Of a DNA stretch of 64,000 bases, positions 51,641 to 63,699 are shown piece after piece. Within the stretch, counting starts at the first letter, position 1. Each line of letters opens with the position of its first letter. A program made the position numbers and the translations under genes. Location: contig MU054338.1 in the NCBI GenBank assembly GCA_013239625.1, forward strand, positions 6,922,724-6,986,723. Direction: 5' to 3'. The notes beneath the pieces were generated by a model. That model had not been told where the DNA came from and made no database searches. It saw nothing but the letters and a program-made list of their open reading frames with translations. The stretch is from Lama guanicoe. Taxonomy: Eukaryota.

Positions 51641-54057
51641 TCTTGGCCTGGATACCAGCACTTACGAGAACGGAGTTCACGTTGCAAGCCAAATTGCAGC
51701 ACTGATGACGAAGCTGGAAACTGCACAGATGCAAAATCTCCCAGGTCTGTATCTTCAAGGGAAGTCGCTCCCGTCCTGCAGAGGGCACTGTATACCAGCT
51801 CCTAACCTTACCTTACAGCCCCAAAGCAGCCGCCGGACTGGTCTGGTTCCTCAGGGCTGCTGTAACAGGGGACACCCCTCCCTAACTGTTGGAACTAACT
51901 GTTGAACTGTTCCTTCTCAGCAGACAGGAGTCTCCTAGTTTAGTGAGCCTAAAAGGATTCAGTCTGAAAAGGGGCCACTACTTCTGATTCACCCCATCCA
52001 CCTTTTCAAACTAGGATGTGAGATTAGGTGGAAGACATGAGAGGCCATACTGGGGAAAGGGCAGATGCTCTGTAACCCTGTCAACGCTGCCCTGCCTTAG
52101 GGAACCGGCCCAGGAAGTCCCACATCAAGTGCTGGACTCAGGGGCCTTCCTGCCTCAGAACTTTGCAGAATCCCTGAACCCTACAGAATCCCTCTGAGTG
52201 GGCGTTAGAGGTCAGGGGATCTGAATGGAAGGCTTAGTCAGATTGGAGACCCAGGCTTTCGATCTAGACAGATGAGTCAAAGCCCCAACCTCACCCCTTA
52301 ATTTTTTTTTCACCCCTTAATATTAAGCTGTGTGGTCTCAACACTTACCTTCTCTGATTCTCATTTGACTCATCTATGGAAAGGCGATAGCAGTCCCCAC
52401 CCTAGGATGGTAGTAAGGATTGGTCTTGGACCATCCCCTGACAGTCCTCTTGCAGAAGAACAGATGAGGCAAGAGGGAAGATGGGAAGGTCAAGGGGGAG
52501 CTTGAGGGGACTGACGTGCCTGAGGAAGTTTGGAAGGAGCACCTCTGCATTCACATGGAAATACTGGGGCACACCAGATGTTGATGGTGGTTACCACTAG
52601 GTGGTGGAATTGCTGAGTCTTATGTTCCTCTTTGGTGCCTTTTGGGGATTTTCCCAGATGGTTTACAATGAACATACTTTTGTAATTAGAGGAAAAAGTA
52701 AATGTTATTTTTTATTAGAACAAGGAGTTTGAACTTCTCCATGTTGGATTAAAAGGTAGCTCAAACACAGGATCATGATGCTGAGTTATGGGCTGGGGGA
52801 AATGGGAAAAGGGTGAGGAGTGCCGCTGAAAGGGAAGGAAAATAAAGTCTGGGGTTATTGAGGGGTTGGGCTCTATGGGGAGTGGTGGGGATCTACTGGG
52901 GGGCTGCCAGCCCCAGTTGGGCTAAACCATCCCTGGTGGGGGTTGAGGGGAATGGGAAGTCCCAGGACTAGAAGGGGGAAGAGCCTCAGGAGACAGCATC
53001 CCTCACCGTAGAGACCTTTCCACATCCTGGTAATTAACATGGAGCTTCCCACGAAGGGACTCAGTGACCATCCATTGAGGGGTCCAGACAGCCCTATCCT
53101 GAAGGATCTGCTGCCAGAGCTGCTCCTGGGAGGAGGTAGATGCTTCCCAGGAGGGAGAGTTCTAGGTCACAACTTAAGGAGCAAGCTGGGCAGGGCTCCT
53201 CTGTGGCCTAAGTTTCTGACCCGAGAGGAAGGAGCTTATCTGTGGGGGTTCCTATCCTGCCACTCCTGTATGCTTGGTGGGGTAGGAAGATGATTCTTAG
53301 GAAACCCCTGTAACTAACCTGGGGGTGGGGACACCTGAGTTCTGCTGAACTTAGAGGTTCACCAGAAGGGAAATAATCTTAGAGGTGGAGAGAGTTGCTG
53401 GGGAGGTCCCTTCCCCCAACATCTCAGCCTGTCAGCTGGCCTTGGAGATGTAGCAGTGACCAAGGCCAACCTGCCAGAATTCAGTCTGATACAGGAGGAA
53501 GACAAGTAAAGAAGACAAGTGTAGAGGTCCTTGCAATACAGTGTGACAGGTGCTGTGAGGGAGAGCCCAAGGTACTGGGAGCAGAGGCAGCACTGCCCGT
53601 ACATGATGGTGTGGGCCTTCCAGAGGGAATCACAACCCCAGAGCACAGTGATGGAGGACTGCACTCTGGCATCAGAAAAATCTGGGCTTGTGGTCCTGGC
53701 AAGCGACTTGCGGTTCTTTTGGTCTTTCCTGCCACAGTCCTAAGATGGTTGCCAAAACATGAAGCATTTTTTCTGTACTCTTGTTTGAGGAAAAATATCA
53801 CAGGGGTTGGATTTATTAATAAACACTTGGAACTTCTTTTTTTTTTAAGGTCACGCTTGTACATGGTAAAAATTCAAGCAGTACAAAAAGTTTATGTACA
53901 GCAGCATAAAGTTTCCTTACCCTCCAGACCCCAGGCCCTCCCCAGGGACAGCTACCATTAGTTTTCATTTTCTAGAGATAGTCTCTGTGTCTTCAAACGA
54001 GTAATATGTAGCCTCCCAAGAAAAGGAGAAAACTTTGCAGATGTTAATAACACATTT

Positions 54058-54220
54058 CAGTATAGCACAGGGAAATATATTCAAGATCTTGTAGTAGCTC
54101 ACAGTGAAAAAGGATATGAAAACAAATATATGTATATTCATGTATGACTGAAAAATTGTGCTGCACACCAGAAACTGACACAACGTTGTAAAATGACTAT
54201 AACTCAATTTAAAAAAAAAA
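54058..54220 (+). mobile_element. Short 5'-truncated L1 tail with TSD
   Basis: TSD aacacatttcagta on both sides; poly(A). Confidence 0.8.
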
Positions 54221-55295
54221 CACATTTCAGTAGAGATACGGACTTTGTATTTTCAAGTAACATACAGCATTTTTAAGTTATGTCAAAGGGCAGAAATAAA
54301 TGACTTGGTTTTTATACAGGCATTTATATATAAAATGAAACACATACTATATATATCCAATCGGATCAAACTATATACACTGTTCTCTACACTTTTTGTT
54401 TTTTAAAGCAAATGATACCCTTGAGATTGTTCCAAACAATGCAGAAAGACCTACCTCATTCTTTCTGACAATCTGAGATCCTGGAGGTGGGGTTGTTGGG
54501 CCAACAGGGGCTGCAATCTGATTTGCCAAACTGTCCTCATCAATTCTGCCCCATTTGCAAAGGTTGAAAAGGTCTGTTACCTCACATCAAGGCCAGTGTA
54601 GATATTTTCTGGCTTCCTCATCTTTCTTAATCTGACAGGTAAATTGCCACAGGGTTTTACTTTTTATTTATTTATGGATAAGTGTGAGCATCTTTTAAGC
54701 TTTTAACAGATCTTTTCAGCTTTACTCAAGTATAGTTGATATACAAAAATTGCAGATATTTAAAATGTACATCTTAATGAGTGCATTTCTTTTTAAGACA
54801 GTTTTCAACATTTCCAATTTCTTCTGTGTATGTATTAAAAACATTTATTGCCTTTATAGGATCTTGGGACTGTGATCTGGCAAAACCTATTCAACATTAA
54901 ACTTCACATGTCCTTTGCCCCATCTACCCAACTCCTGGTTATTTACCCTATAGAAATAACATAAGAGGTATATATTATATATGTGTGTATACCTACATAT
55001 GTATGCACATACATACATATATTAGAGAATGCTTAGGTCCCATCTTGTTTGTGGGAATAGATCTGGAAGCAGCCTGAATACTCATCAATACAGGAATGCT
55101 TGAATAAATGTCACTGCCCTTAAGAGTTGCAACTTTAAAAATGAGTGACATATATCAGGAGTGAATATCACTTCAGGCTCTGTGGAGAATGTTTTGGCAC
55201 TATCAATAAAAAGGAAAATTCAACACGCCTTTTAACAAGCTATTTCACTTCTACAAATTTATCCTCGTGCACAAGTATCAAAAAGCATTATTAAA

Positions 55296-55430
55296 AAGAA
55301 TATGAAAGCGAATATATGTATGTTCCTATATGATTGTGCTGTACACCAGAAACTGACACAACATTGTAAACTGACTATACTTCAATAAAAATGTTTTTTA
55401 AAAAAGAAATTCTTAAAAATGAAAAAAAAA
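55296..55430 (+). mobile_element. Short L1 tail abutting the FBXL12 CpG island
   Basis: gctgtacaccagaaactgacacaacattgtaaactgactatacttcaataaaa; TSD aaaaagc(a/g)ttattaa. Confidence 0.75.
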
Positions 55431-55928
55431 AAGCGTTATTAAGTAAAAAAGTAGGGACCTCGCTCTACGCTGTGTCCGAGCGCTTGGTCCTGCCCTCAAT
55501 CCCGCCCTTAGGGCTTGTTACCGGCCCTGCCACGCCTTCTGGGTTTGGTCCTCGCCCCTGCCCCGCCCTGTGGGTCGCGTCCCCGCCTCGGTCACGCCTT
55601 CTGGGCGTGGTCTTCTCCTAACCACACCCCCTAGTCTCCTTCCCGCCCTTAACCCCACCCCGAGGCGACGAGTCTCCGCCCTAGCCACGCCTCTCGGGCT
55701 TGATCCCAGTCCACAGCTGCATCCTCGGTTCCGCATTCAGATCCCGCGCTGATCTGGCGCCAGGGCTCAACCACGTCCCCGCAAGGGGAAAGCCGAAACT
55801 CTGCTGGCCGCAGGAAGCCGAAGCCACCGCCCCGCCCTCACTCTCATTTCCCCCTGCTTCCTAGGGCTTCCCCAGGACGAGTCCCGGAGTCCCTTTAGCC
55901 GGAAGCGGAAGTTCGTGTCGGTGGGATC

Positions 55929-56014
55929 ATGGCGACTTTTGCCGACTTGCCGGACTCGGTCCTGTTGGAGATCTTCTCTTACCTCCCGGTCCGGGACCGG
56001 ATCCGCATCTCCAG
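55929..56014 (+). CDS. FBXL12: FBXL12 exon 1 coding part
   Basis: atcATGGCG...TCCAG|gtgcgg. Confidence 0.95.
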
Positions 56015-59000
56015 GTGCGGCCCCGCCCCGCGGGGGGGGAAGGGCCGGGCGGGGGGCGCACCCGGAGATGTAGATCTGGTCCCCGCGGGGCCAGGGTCGA
56101 TCTAACGGCGGGTCCCCTCCCCCAGGGTCTGTCACCGCTGGAAGAGGCTGGTGGACGACCGATGGCTGTGGCGACATGTCGACCTGACGCTCTACACGGT
56201 ACGCGGGGCCGGCCGGGCGAGGACTGGCCCTCTAACCCTGTATTTCGGACCAAACTGTCCCTGGTGCATCCCCGGCGCAGCGCTTACTTGCTCCGCTGCG
56301 ACCTCCAGGCCTCAGTTTCCCCATCTCCAAAATGGCTATAACCAAGATCGTGCAGGGAAAGGGCTTATTGATGAGTTTTCATGGAGAAATCATCTCCCAT
56401 CGTCAACTTACTTCCAGAATTAACCTCCTGAGTGGTGCCACCAAACCATTTCCACTTTCTCACATTGGTATTTTTTGTTTAATTATGAACTATTTCAAAT
56501 ATATATATATATGGGGGAAAGTATAGCTCAGTGGCAAAGTGCGTGCTTGGCATGCACAAGGTCCTGGGTTCAATCCCTAGTACCGCCATTTAAAAAAATA
56601 ATAATACATAAATAAATAAATAAACCTAATTGCTCCACCCCCCCAATAAAACAAAAAAACGTTAAAATTTTTTAAAAAATCAAATATATATAGAAACGTA
56701 AAGAGGATAATATATCTGAAAGCATGTACTCACTATCTAAATTTAACCTTATTTAACTTCTGGGCTTATTGGCTGCAGATCATGTGAAACACACACAAAT
56801 GTTTATATGTACATATGTGCATACAACATTTATAGATATGTTTTTTGCACTTTTCGAACCCCTCCTCAGAGGTAACCGCTATTACAAAGTGCATTTATAC
56901 CCCTTCACGTTGTTACTTATTTCCTATTTGTGTGCCCATAAGGAATATACAGTACTGTTAAGGTGTTTCTGAAGTTTAGATAATGCTATTGTACTATTTA
57001 GATAATTAGATGCTATTTTACTTACATATCCGCCTACAATCAGCTTTATTCACACAATATTGCATTTGAGATTTATTCCAATTGACACTTGTAAATCTAA
57101 TTCATTCCTTTTAACTGCTGTTAAATGAATATAGCAAAATTTGTTTATTTTTCTGCGGACAGACGTTTGGGTTATTTCCTGCTTTTTACTGTTACAAACA
57201 ATGGTCTGAGGTGGTGTCTCAAACTTTACTGTGCATGTGAGTCACCTATGGGGATCTTGCTAAAATGCAGACTCTGATTTGGTGGCCTGGAGCAGGGCTT
57301 CAAGATTCTGAATTTCTAACAACTTCCCAGCTGTTACTCATGTTTCTGGTTCTCATTCCGCAAGAATGTCCTTGTGTCCATCTTCTTGAGTTCAAGTGTC
57401 AGTTATTCTGAAACCTAGAAGTGCAATTTCTGAGTCGTAGAGTCCTTTGTAATTTATCGTTTTCAGCTCTTCATCTGCAATGCCCAAATCAAAAAGTCAG
57501 CAAAGTGGAAAGGTTTTTTTGTAAGCTTGGCACAAATTCATTTGGTGGCAAGACCTGATGTGAGCTCGTAAAGGCTATTAATGTCCTTTTTCTTTACCCC
57601 ACTTAGAATAAGTAGTCATGTTATACTGAAAAATATTAATCTGATAACGGGGTGTCGCCCTCCACCCTTCTGATGGTATTATATATGATATTTGCACCGA
57701 ATTAATTCTTTTTAAAATTAATTAATTTATTTATATGGGGGTACTGGGGATTGAACCCTCAGCCTTGTGTGTGCTAAGCATGTGCACTACCATTGAGTTA
57801 TAACCTTCCCCCTGCACTGTATTAATTCTGAATTCTGAAACCCATCTGTCTCCAAGAGCTTTGGATAAGTAATTGTGGCCTTGTGTAGAAATTATTTTTA
57901 TTGACATCACCTTTTTAAAATAGGACTATTTTTTCTGTATTAGTTATTTTTCTATAATTTTATTATGAAAAATTTCAAACATACATAAAATTTAAAATAA
58001 TGGTACAGAGCACATGAAGTTGCCCACCATTAACATTTAATTACATTTGTTTTATTATCTATTGACCCTCTTTCCATCCATTGATCCATTTTATTTTTTA
58101 CATACATTTCAAAATAAGGTGCAGACAAAAGTCCGCTTCATCCCTAAACACTTTAACACATGAAATAGAGATTGACTAGGACATTTGTTTGACATTTCTC
58201 TTTTTGAGGTATAATTTTTGAAAATCACCAAGTCATGAATAATTCTTGTAAAAATGTTGAAGTCATAACTATGTAGCGGGATGGATGTTAGCTAGACTTA
58301 CTGTGGGGGTCGTTTCACAATATATACAAACATCGAATCATTATGTTGTATACCTGAAACTAATGTAACGTCATATGTCAATTATATCTAAAGTAAAACA
58401 AAACAGAAACAAACAAAAAAGGCTGAAGTATTGCCACAGATGAAGCTAAGAGCCTTTGACAGTTATCCCCTGGTGTCCTCAACCCTTTCCCAGAATAACC
58501 ACTGTTATAAGTGGATTCCACTCTTACTATTGGAGTATTTCCTTCTATTCCACCTTCTATGTGTGGTTACAAGAGCAAGACTGGCCTTTGGAATCAGGCT
58601 GTGTTGAATCATAGCTCTTCACTCACAACAAGAGTCTGGCCAATATGTTTTTCCAAAGGTACCTACTACACAACCAGCTTTCTAGTTTGATGTTCAACAC
58701 TGAACCTGGCAAATAGTAGGTACTCAATGAAAATTAACCATTATGGCTGGAATAATTATACCCATATAAAATAGATAGTATTGTTTCTTTTTCTTTAACA
58801 TCCAAGGTATCATTTTGCCACTCTTGCTTGCATATTTTGAGGAGTAACCCTCGTTAGTCTCTCCAGGCAAAGCGGGGGCCTTGGAAGATGCCCCCTATTT
58901 CTCAGCCAGTCACCCTCATCTCTGGTTCTTACAGATGCGACCTAAAGTCATGTGGCACCTCCTTCGCCGGTACATGGCGACCCGGCTCCATTCCCTGCGG

Positions 59001-59756
59001 ATGGGCGGCTACCTGTTCTCGGGCTCCCAGGCTCCCCAGCTGTCCCCTGCCCTGATGAAGGCCCTAGGCCAGAAGTGTCCCAACCTGAGGCGCCTGTGCC
59101 TGCACGTGGCCAACCTGAGCATGGTGCCCATCACCAGCCTGCCCTGCACCCTGAGGACCCTGGAGCTGCACAGCTGCGAGATCTCCATGGCCTGGCTCCT
59201 CAAAGAGCAGGACCCCACCGTGCTGCCCCTGCTCGAGTGCCTGGTGCTGGACCGCGTCCCCGCCTTCCGCGACGAGCACCTGCAGGGCCTGACGCGCTTC
59301 CGCTCGCTGCGCTCCCTCGTGCTGGGTGGCACATACCGTGTGACCGAGACCGGGCTGGATATGGGGCTGCAGGAGCTGAGCTACCTGCAGCGGCTCGAGG
59401 TGCTGGGCTGCACCCTCTCGGCCGACAGCACCCTGCTGGCCATCAGCCGCCACCTCCGAGATGTCCGGAAGATCCGGCTGACGGTCAGGGGCCTCTCGGC
59501 CCCCGGCTTGTCGGTCCTGGAGGGCATGCCGGCCCTGGAGAGTCTGTGCCTGCTGGGGCCACTCATCACCCCAGAAATGCCTTCCCCGGCTGAAATCCTC
59601 TCCTCCTGCCTCACCATGCCCAAGCTCAGGGTCCTGGAGCTGCAGGGGCTGGGCTGGGAGGGGCAGGAGGCTGAGAGAATCCTGTGTAAGGGGCTGCCTC
59701 ATTGTATGGTCATTGTCAGGGCCTGCCCCAAAGAGTCCATGGACTGGTGGATGTGA
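55929..59756 (+). CDS. FBXL12: F-box and leucine-rich repeat protein 12, join(55929..56014,56126..56198,58935..59756), 326 aa
   Basis: 86+73+822 = 981 nt give F-box MATFADLPDSVLLEIFSYLPVRDRIRISRVCHRWKRLVDDRWLW, then LRRs ending ...PKESMDWWM*; GT-AG junctions. Confidence 0.97.
56126..56198 (+). CDS. FBXL12: FBXL12 exon 2
   Basis: ccccag|GGTCTGT...TACACG|gtacg. Confidence 0.95.
56513..56679 (+). mobile_element. Vic-1-like SINE in FBXL12 intron 2
   Basis: tRNA-Ala-like body; TSD tcaaatatatata. Confidence 0.85.
57208..57355. mobile_element. MER5A-like hAT MITE
   Basis: tctcaaacttt...gatcttgctaaaatgcagactctgatt...atttctaacaa. Confidence 0.65.
57706..57812 (-). mobile_element. Vic-1-like SINE in FBXL12 intron 2
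   Basis: Reverse-complement body; TSD tgcac(cga/tgt)attaattct. Confidence 0.85.
58266..58420 (+). mobile_element. L1 3' tail
   Basis: atcattatgttgtatacctgaaactaat...gtcaattatatct plus A-rich tail; TSD-like aaaaa(tgt/ggc)tgaagt. Confidence 0.7.
58935..59756 (+). CDS. FBXL12: FBXL12 exon 3 (LRR region)
   Basis: ttacag|ATGCGACCT...ATGTGA; within ORF 58881..59756. Confidence 0.97.
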   Translation: MRPKVMWHLLRRYMATRLHSLRMGGYLFSGSQAPQLSPALMKALGQKCPNLRRLCLHVANLSMVPITSLPCTLRTLELHSCEISMAWLLKEQDPTVLPLLECLVLDRVPAFRDEHLQGLTRFRSLRSLVLGGTYRVTETGLDMGLQELSYLQRLEVLGCTLSADSTLLAISRHLRDVRKIRLTVRGLSAPGLSVLEGMPALESLCLLGPLITPEMPSPAEILSSCLTMPKLRVLELQGLGWEGQEAERILCKGLPHCMVIVRACPKESMDWWM

Positions 59757-60367
59757 CCGCCCCACCAGTCCCTGGGACCCTGCTCAGCTTTCATTCATGA
59801 GCCCCGGACCTCTGAGCAGCCCCTTGCTGAGGGCAGGTAATCAGGCTGGAGAGGCCTGAAAGCCACATGTAGAGAGAACCCAGGCCTTGGCGCCTTCAGA
59901 TCATTGGAAAAATTGTTTGCCAGCTGTGTGGCCCCTGTGACATCAGCCAGCCTCTCAGGGGCCCTGTCCTCACATCCAGAAATTAGGAAGACTATAGCTA
60001 CCTCGTGGTTATGTTGCAAAGCCTTACTCTACCAGCCCTGGGCCCGGAGAGGGTCCTCAGTGAAGGGCCATTCTCAGGACCAGGACGAATACAGAAGGGT
60101 GGGTTAGGAGTTAGGGAGGCCTGAGGGGCCAAGGCCCCTTAGGAAGCCTGGAAGGGCTGTCTATGCATGTGCTGCCACGCACTGACACACCGACACACCA
60201 TTGACAAACTGACACCATTGACAGACCGACAGACACTCTGGAGACTCAGAGAGAAGGGCAGATGCAACTCATGCTTTGATGATCAAAATGTTAAAGGTTC
60301 TAAGTTGTACTTTCTGTATTTTGTATTCTATACTTTCCAAGTGTTCCCCAATATATATTATTTTGCT

Positions 60368-60373
60368 ATTAAA
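60368..60373 (+). terminator. Candidate FBXL12 polyadenylation signal ATTAAA
   Basis: ATTAAA after a U-rich stretch, about 610 nt after the stop. Confidence 0.5.
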
Positions 60374-60505
60374 GAAAAGGAATCATGTTTTTTTAAAAAA
60401 AAGCATTCAGTTTATTCAACAAGTTTCTTGAGCCCCTGCTATTTTGTGGACCCTGCTCTAGGTCCTGGGGCCACAGCAATGAACAAAACACACAAAACCA
60501 GAGAA

Positions 60506-60650
60506 GGGGAGAGAGTATAGCTCAGTGGTAGAGCTCCTGCTTAGCATGCACAAGGTCCTGGGTTCAGTCCCCAGTACCTCCATTAAAAATAAATAAATAA
60601 AAGCCCAATTTCCACCCCCCGCAAATAAATAAATAAATAAAAATAATTAA
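60506..60650 (+). mobile_element. Vic-1-like SINE
   Basis: ggggagagagtatagctcagtggtagag...cagtacctcca plus (AAAT)n. Confidence 0.85.
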
Positions 60651-62158
60651 ACACACACACACAGACCTGAGAAGAAGGTGGGATGATAAAGAGGTGAACA
60701 CATCCATGGAATAGTTTCAGAGACTCTGTGACAATAAACCAGGGCCACGTGATGGAGGCATGTGTGTTTGGTCAAGTGGGCAGGTGGGCGTCTCTGAGCC
60801 AAGACCTGAGTAGTGGTGAGGAACCAGCTCTGAGAAGCACTGGGGAAGACAGAAAAGGCAAAGACGAGCTGAGAAGAGCTTGGCAGTTGGACCGGAAGAA
60901 GGTCCAAGTGGCCGAGGGAACAAAGGGTGAAAAGGAAGTGATGGAGACGGATGATGGGGAGAGGTTGGAAAGGCCTCCCAGGTGGCTTTGGTTTTAGAGG
61001 TTCAATAAGTAGCAACTCCTTTTCCTGCCTTTTGAGTTTGAACCACTTGAAAGATGCAGGTGGCAGACTGATAGTGATTCCCAGCGCCCGCCTATGAAAT
61101 GAGCGTTACTTCTGTGCTGCGCTGGGTAGGAGGGTGTGTGCGGCTCTGCCGCCCACTCAGGGTGCCTGCTCTGGTGCACAGACCCAGCAGAGAGGAATGG
61201 TGTCTAAGATGCGTATCCCTGGTTCCCTATTCCAAGTTGATGCATAAGAGAGGAACCGGATATTTCTCTCATGCCTTTCCCAGTGGGGTGGCCAGTGGAA
61301 ATCCGCCCCCATCTAGCCCCTCCCCTCATCTAGGACTGGGGTAAGAGCACTCCCCGAATGTGGCCATAGTTTGGGTCTACTTTTCCCGCGCTGTAACCAA
61401 GCCTGGCAGCTCCAGCCCAGGGCATCTGGAGGACTGGGTTGATCCAGGCTGGGGCGCGGGGACTGGGAATGTCTTGGGAAGGGAAATGACATCTGTTAAG
61501 CTAGTGGAGGGTTGTCTGGAGATCTGGGGTCCGTCGTAAGCAGTGTGGTGGAGGGATGGACACAAGGCCAGTCCTGGACTCTGCGGGTGGCCCTGCAGGT
61601 GGGCTGTTGAAACCCACCTGGAGCCGCTCCAGGGGGGAAAAACTTCCTTTCTTCCCCTCCCTGCCTTTCCAGTGGGAATGGAGCAGCAGACATGAAGTTA
61701 GAGGTAGTGGTGTACACAGAAATGTTTAACTGCCAGTGTTAGCAGGTGGTGGTGGTGGAGGAGGCGAGGGTGGGGAGGGAGTCCTGATTTGTAGTGTTTG
61801 TAGAGTGTGCAGATTTCTGCTGTGTAAATACTCTCCCCATGGCTGGTTCCATGCTACCAACAGTTTAACAACTGGTCTAAGGAATTTGTGAAATTTTAGC
61901 AATCAGCTCCCCTGTCCTGGCAGGAGCTGGCTGCAGCACACCGCTGGTGAGAGATGTCTTTCTCCTAGGCTCACCCTTTGGGGGACTGCCTTGGTGACCC
62001 TTACCCCAGGCTTAGCTCTGAGGGCTGGTTGGGTTATAGGACATTAGACAGAGCTCCTTCTCTCTTGGGATGCCCCACTCCCACCCCAACCCGTGCCTTC
62101 TCCCAGGTAAGGGGCTGGGGGCTTAAGGCTACCCTGTTTTTAAAACGGACCTGGAACT

Positions 62159-63243
62159 TGTTTCAATCACACATAATAAGGTGACAGACACAGAGACAAC
62201 TGTCGTATGGTTGTTAGCATAACTGACACCATCTTGCGCCCATAGAGTTCCTCCTGTCCTTCCACTGACCTTACTCAGGGCTGCCCTGTGCAGTAAATCA
62301 CTTCGCTGACATCAAGGGCTTTGAAGCTAACAGGTACTGTTTAATAATCATTAGGGTCGGGTGGCCTCTCTGCTCTGTTAGTCCCCACACAATGATGAAA
62401 ACCTTTGCTGACGTATTCCTGGTGCCCACGAAGCGAGTTACCCATTCATAAATCTTAACTTAGGAATGCATGTCCCGTTTCCAAGCATCCACCCTCATAC
62501 CCTAGTTTAACTACAGTTTACTATAGTTATACTATAAACTAGTTTAACTATAATATTGTCCCAGTGGCCCTTGGGAGTGCGGAGTGCAGCTATGAATTCT
62601 TCCAGATTGTTGTCTTGGTGTCTGCCCAATCCCATCCTGTCAGTAAGTTACTTTATAATAAAGTGGTCCATTGATTATATGAAGCTGCCTGCCTCATGTA
62701 TTGGTCTCAAGATGCCTTCTCATTTCAGTGGTCACTTTTCCTTCCCTCCATCCTCCAACAACTGTCTTTTAAAGACAGGCTTATTACTTAGAGTTCCCAA
62801 GAGGAGGGGGCCTGCCACGTCATGCAGGGCCACCCGGGAAGGCACTAGGACTAGTAAGGGGAATGCATGGACCAGAGCCTTTATAATGGTTTTTGCTGGA
62901 AGGAATGAGTGAGGCAGGGGAGGCCAGCTGAGCTAGCTTAGAGTGGGATACTTTGAATAATTTCAGTGGGTTCTAGGCTCCACAGATGGTCCCTAGTTGC
63001 CTGTTTCCTGGTCCTGAGCTGATTCAGGGCAGAGGGATATTGGTTTAATGTGCTAGAGGTAGATTAGATAAAGAAGGTGGCGGGCTTGGTTGGTCTGTGT
63101 ATGACAGGTGGGTTCCTAGGCAAGTAGTTTGCTGTCTCTAGGGACTAGCTAACCCCGGAAGGGGTGGTCCTTCCCCAGGTTTGCAAGGCCTAAGATGTCA
63201 AAGCATCATAAAGTACAAAAAAATACAAAACGTGATTAATACA
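62159..63243. mobile_element. ERVL-type LTR (MER76-like) interrupted by a second solo LTR (about 62204-62760)
   Basis: Outer element continuous across actgt repeats at 62199-62203 and 62761-62765; inner element has aataaa and ends in aaca. Confidence 0.5.
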
Positions 63244-63459
63244 CCCTCCCGCAAAAGTAAAGGATACTCACTAGAGCTGACATTTATTGAGTGCTTATTA
63301 CACATCAGGCATGGTGTTCAGTCCTTCATGTACAGACTCCTATCAGCAGCCCAGTGAGACGGCACAGAGGAAACAGGCACAGAGAAGTTAAGTTGCCCAA
63401 AGCCACACAACCAGTGAAGTAGCAGAATGTGAGTGATCTCATTCCATAACCTTTAAAAA

Positions 63460-63606
63460 ATTTTGGGGTTTTTTTCTGGGGGGGGTAATTAGGTTTATTT
63501 ATTTGTTTGTTTATTTACTTTTTTATTTAATGGAGGTACTGGGGATTGAACCCAGGACCTCATGCATTCTAGGCATCTGCTCTACCACGGAGCTATACCC
63601 TCCCCT
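63460..63606 (-). mobile_element. Vic-1-like SINE
   Basis: Reverse-complement body with long-form tail. Confidence 0.85.
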
Positions 63607-63699
63607 CTTATTCCACAAACTTAACCATCACGTGAAGTTGCTTTGTTGACTTATAACAGTGTCTGAAAGGATGGCCCAGTAACTGTACCCCATTAGACA

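Larger units (their letters stand above)
55440..56310. promoter_or_regulatory. FBXL12 CpG island promoter
   Basis: CpG-rich; SP/KLF boxes; tandem ETS ccggaagcggaagt at 55899-55912 just before the ATG. Confidence 0.8.

Noticed and set aside
59064..59765. 233-aa antisense ORF and 213-aa alternative-frame ORF over FBXL12 exon 3
   Set aside because: Expected from high GC3 codon bias of the real CDS.
60506..60585. Apparent tRNA-Ala genes (here and at about 10 other sites)
   Set aside because: Extra 5' G-rich leader, A-rich tails, TSDs and stem-breaking substitutions show they are SINEs, not tRNA genes.
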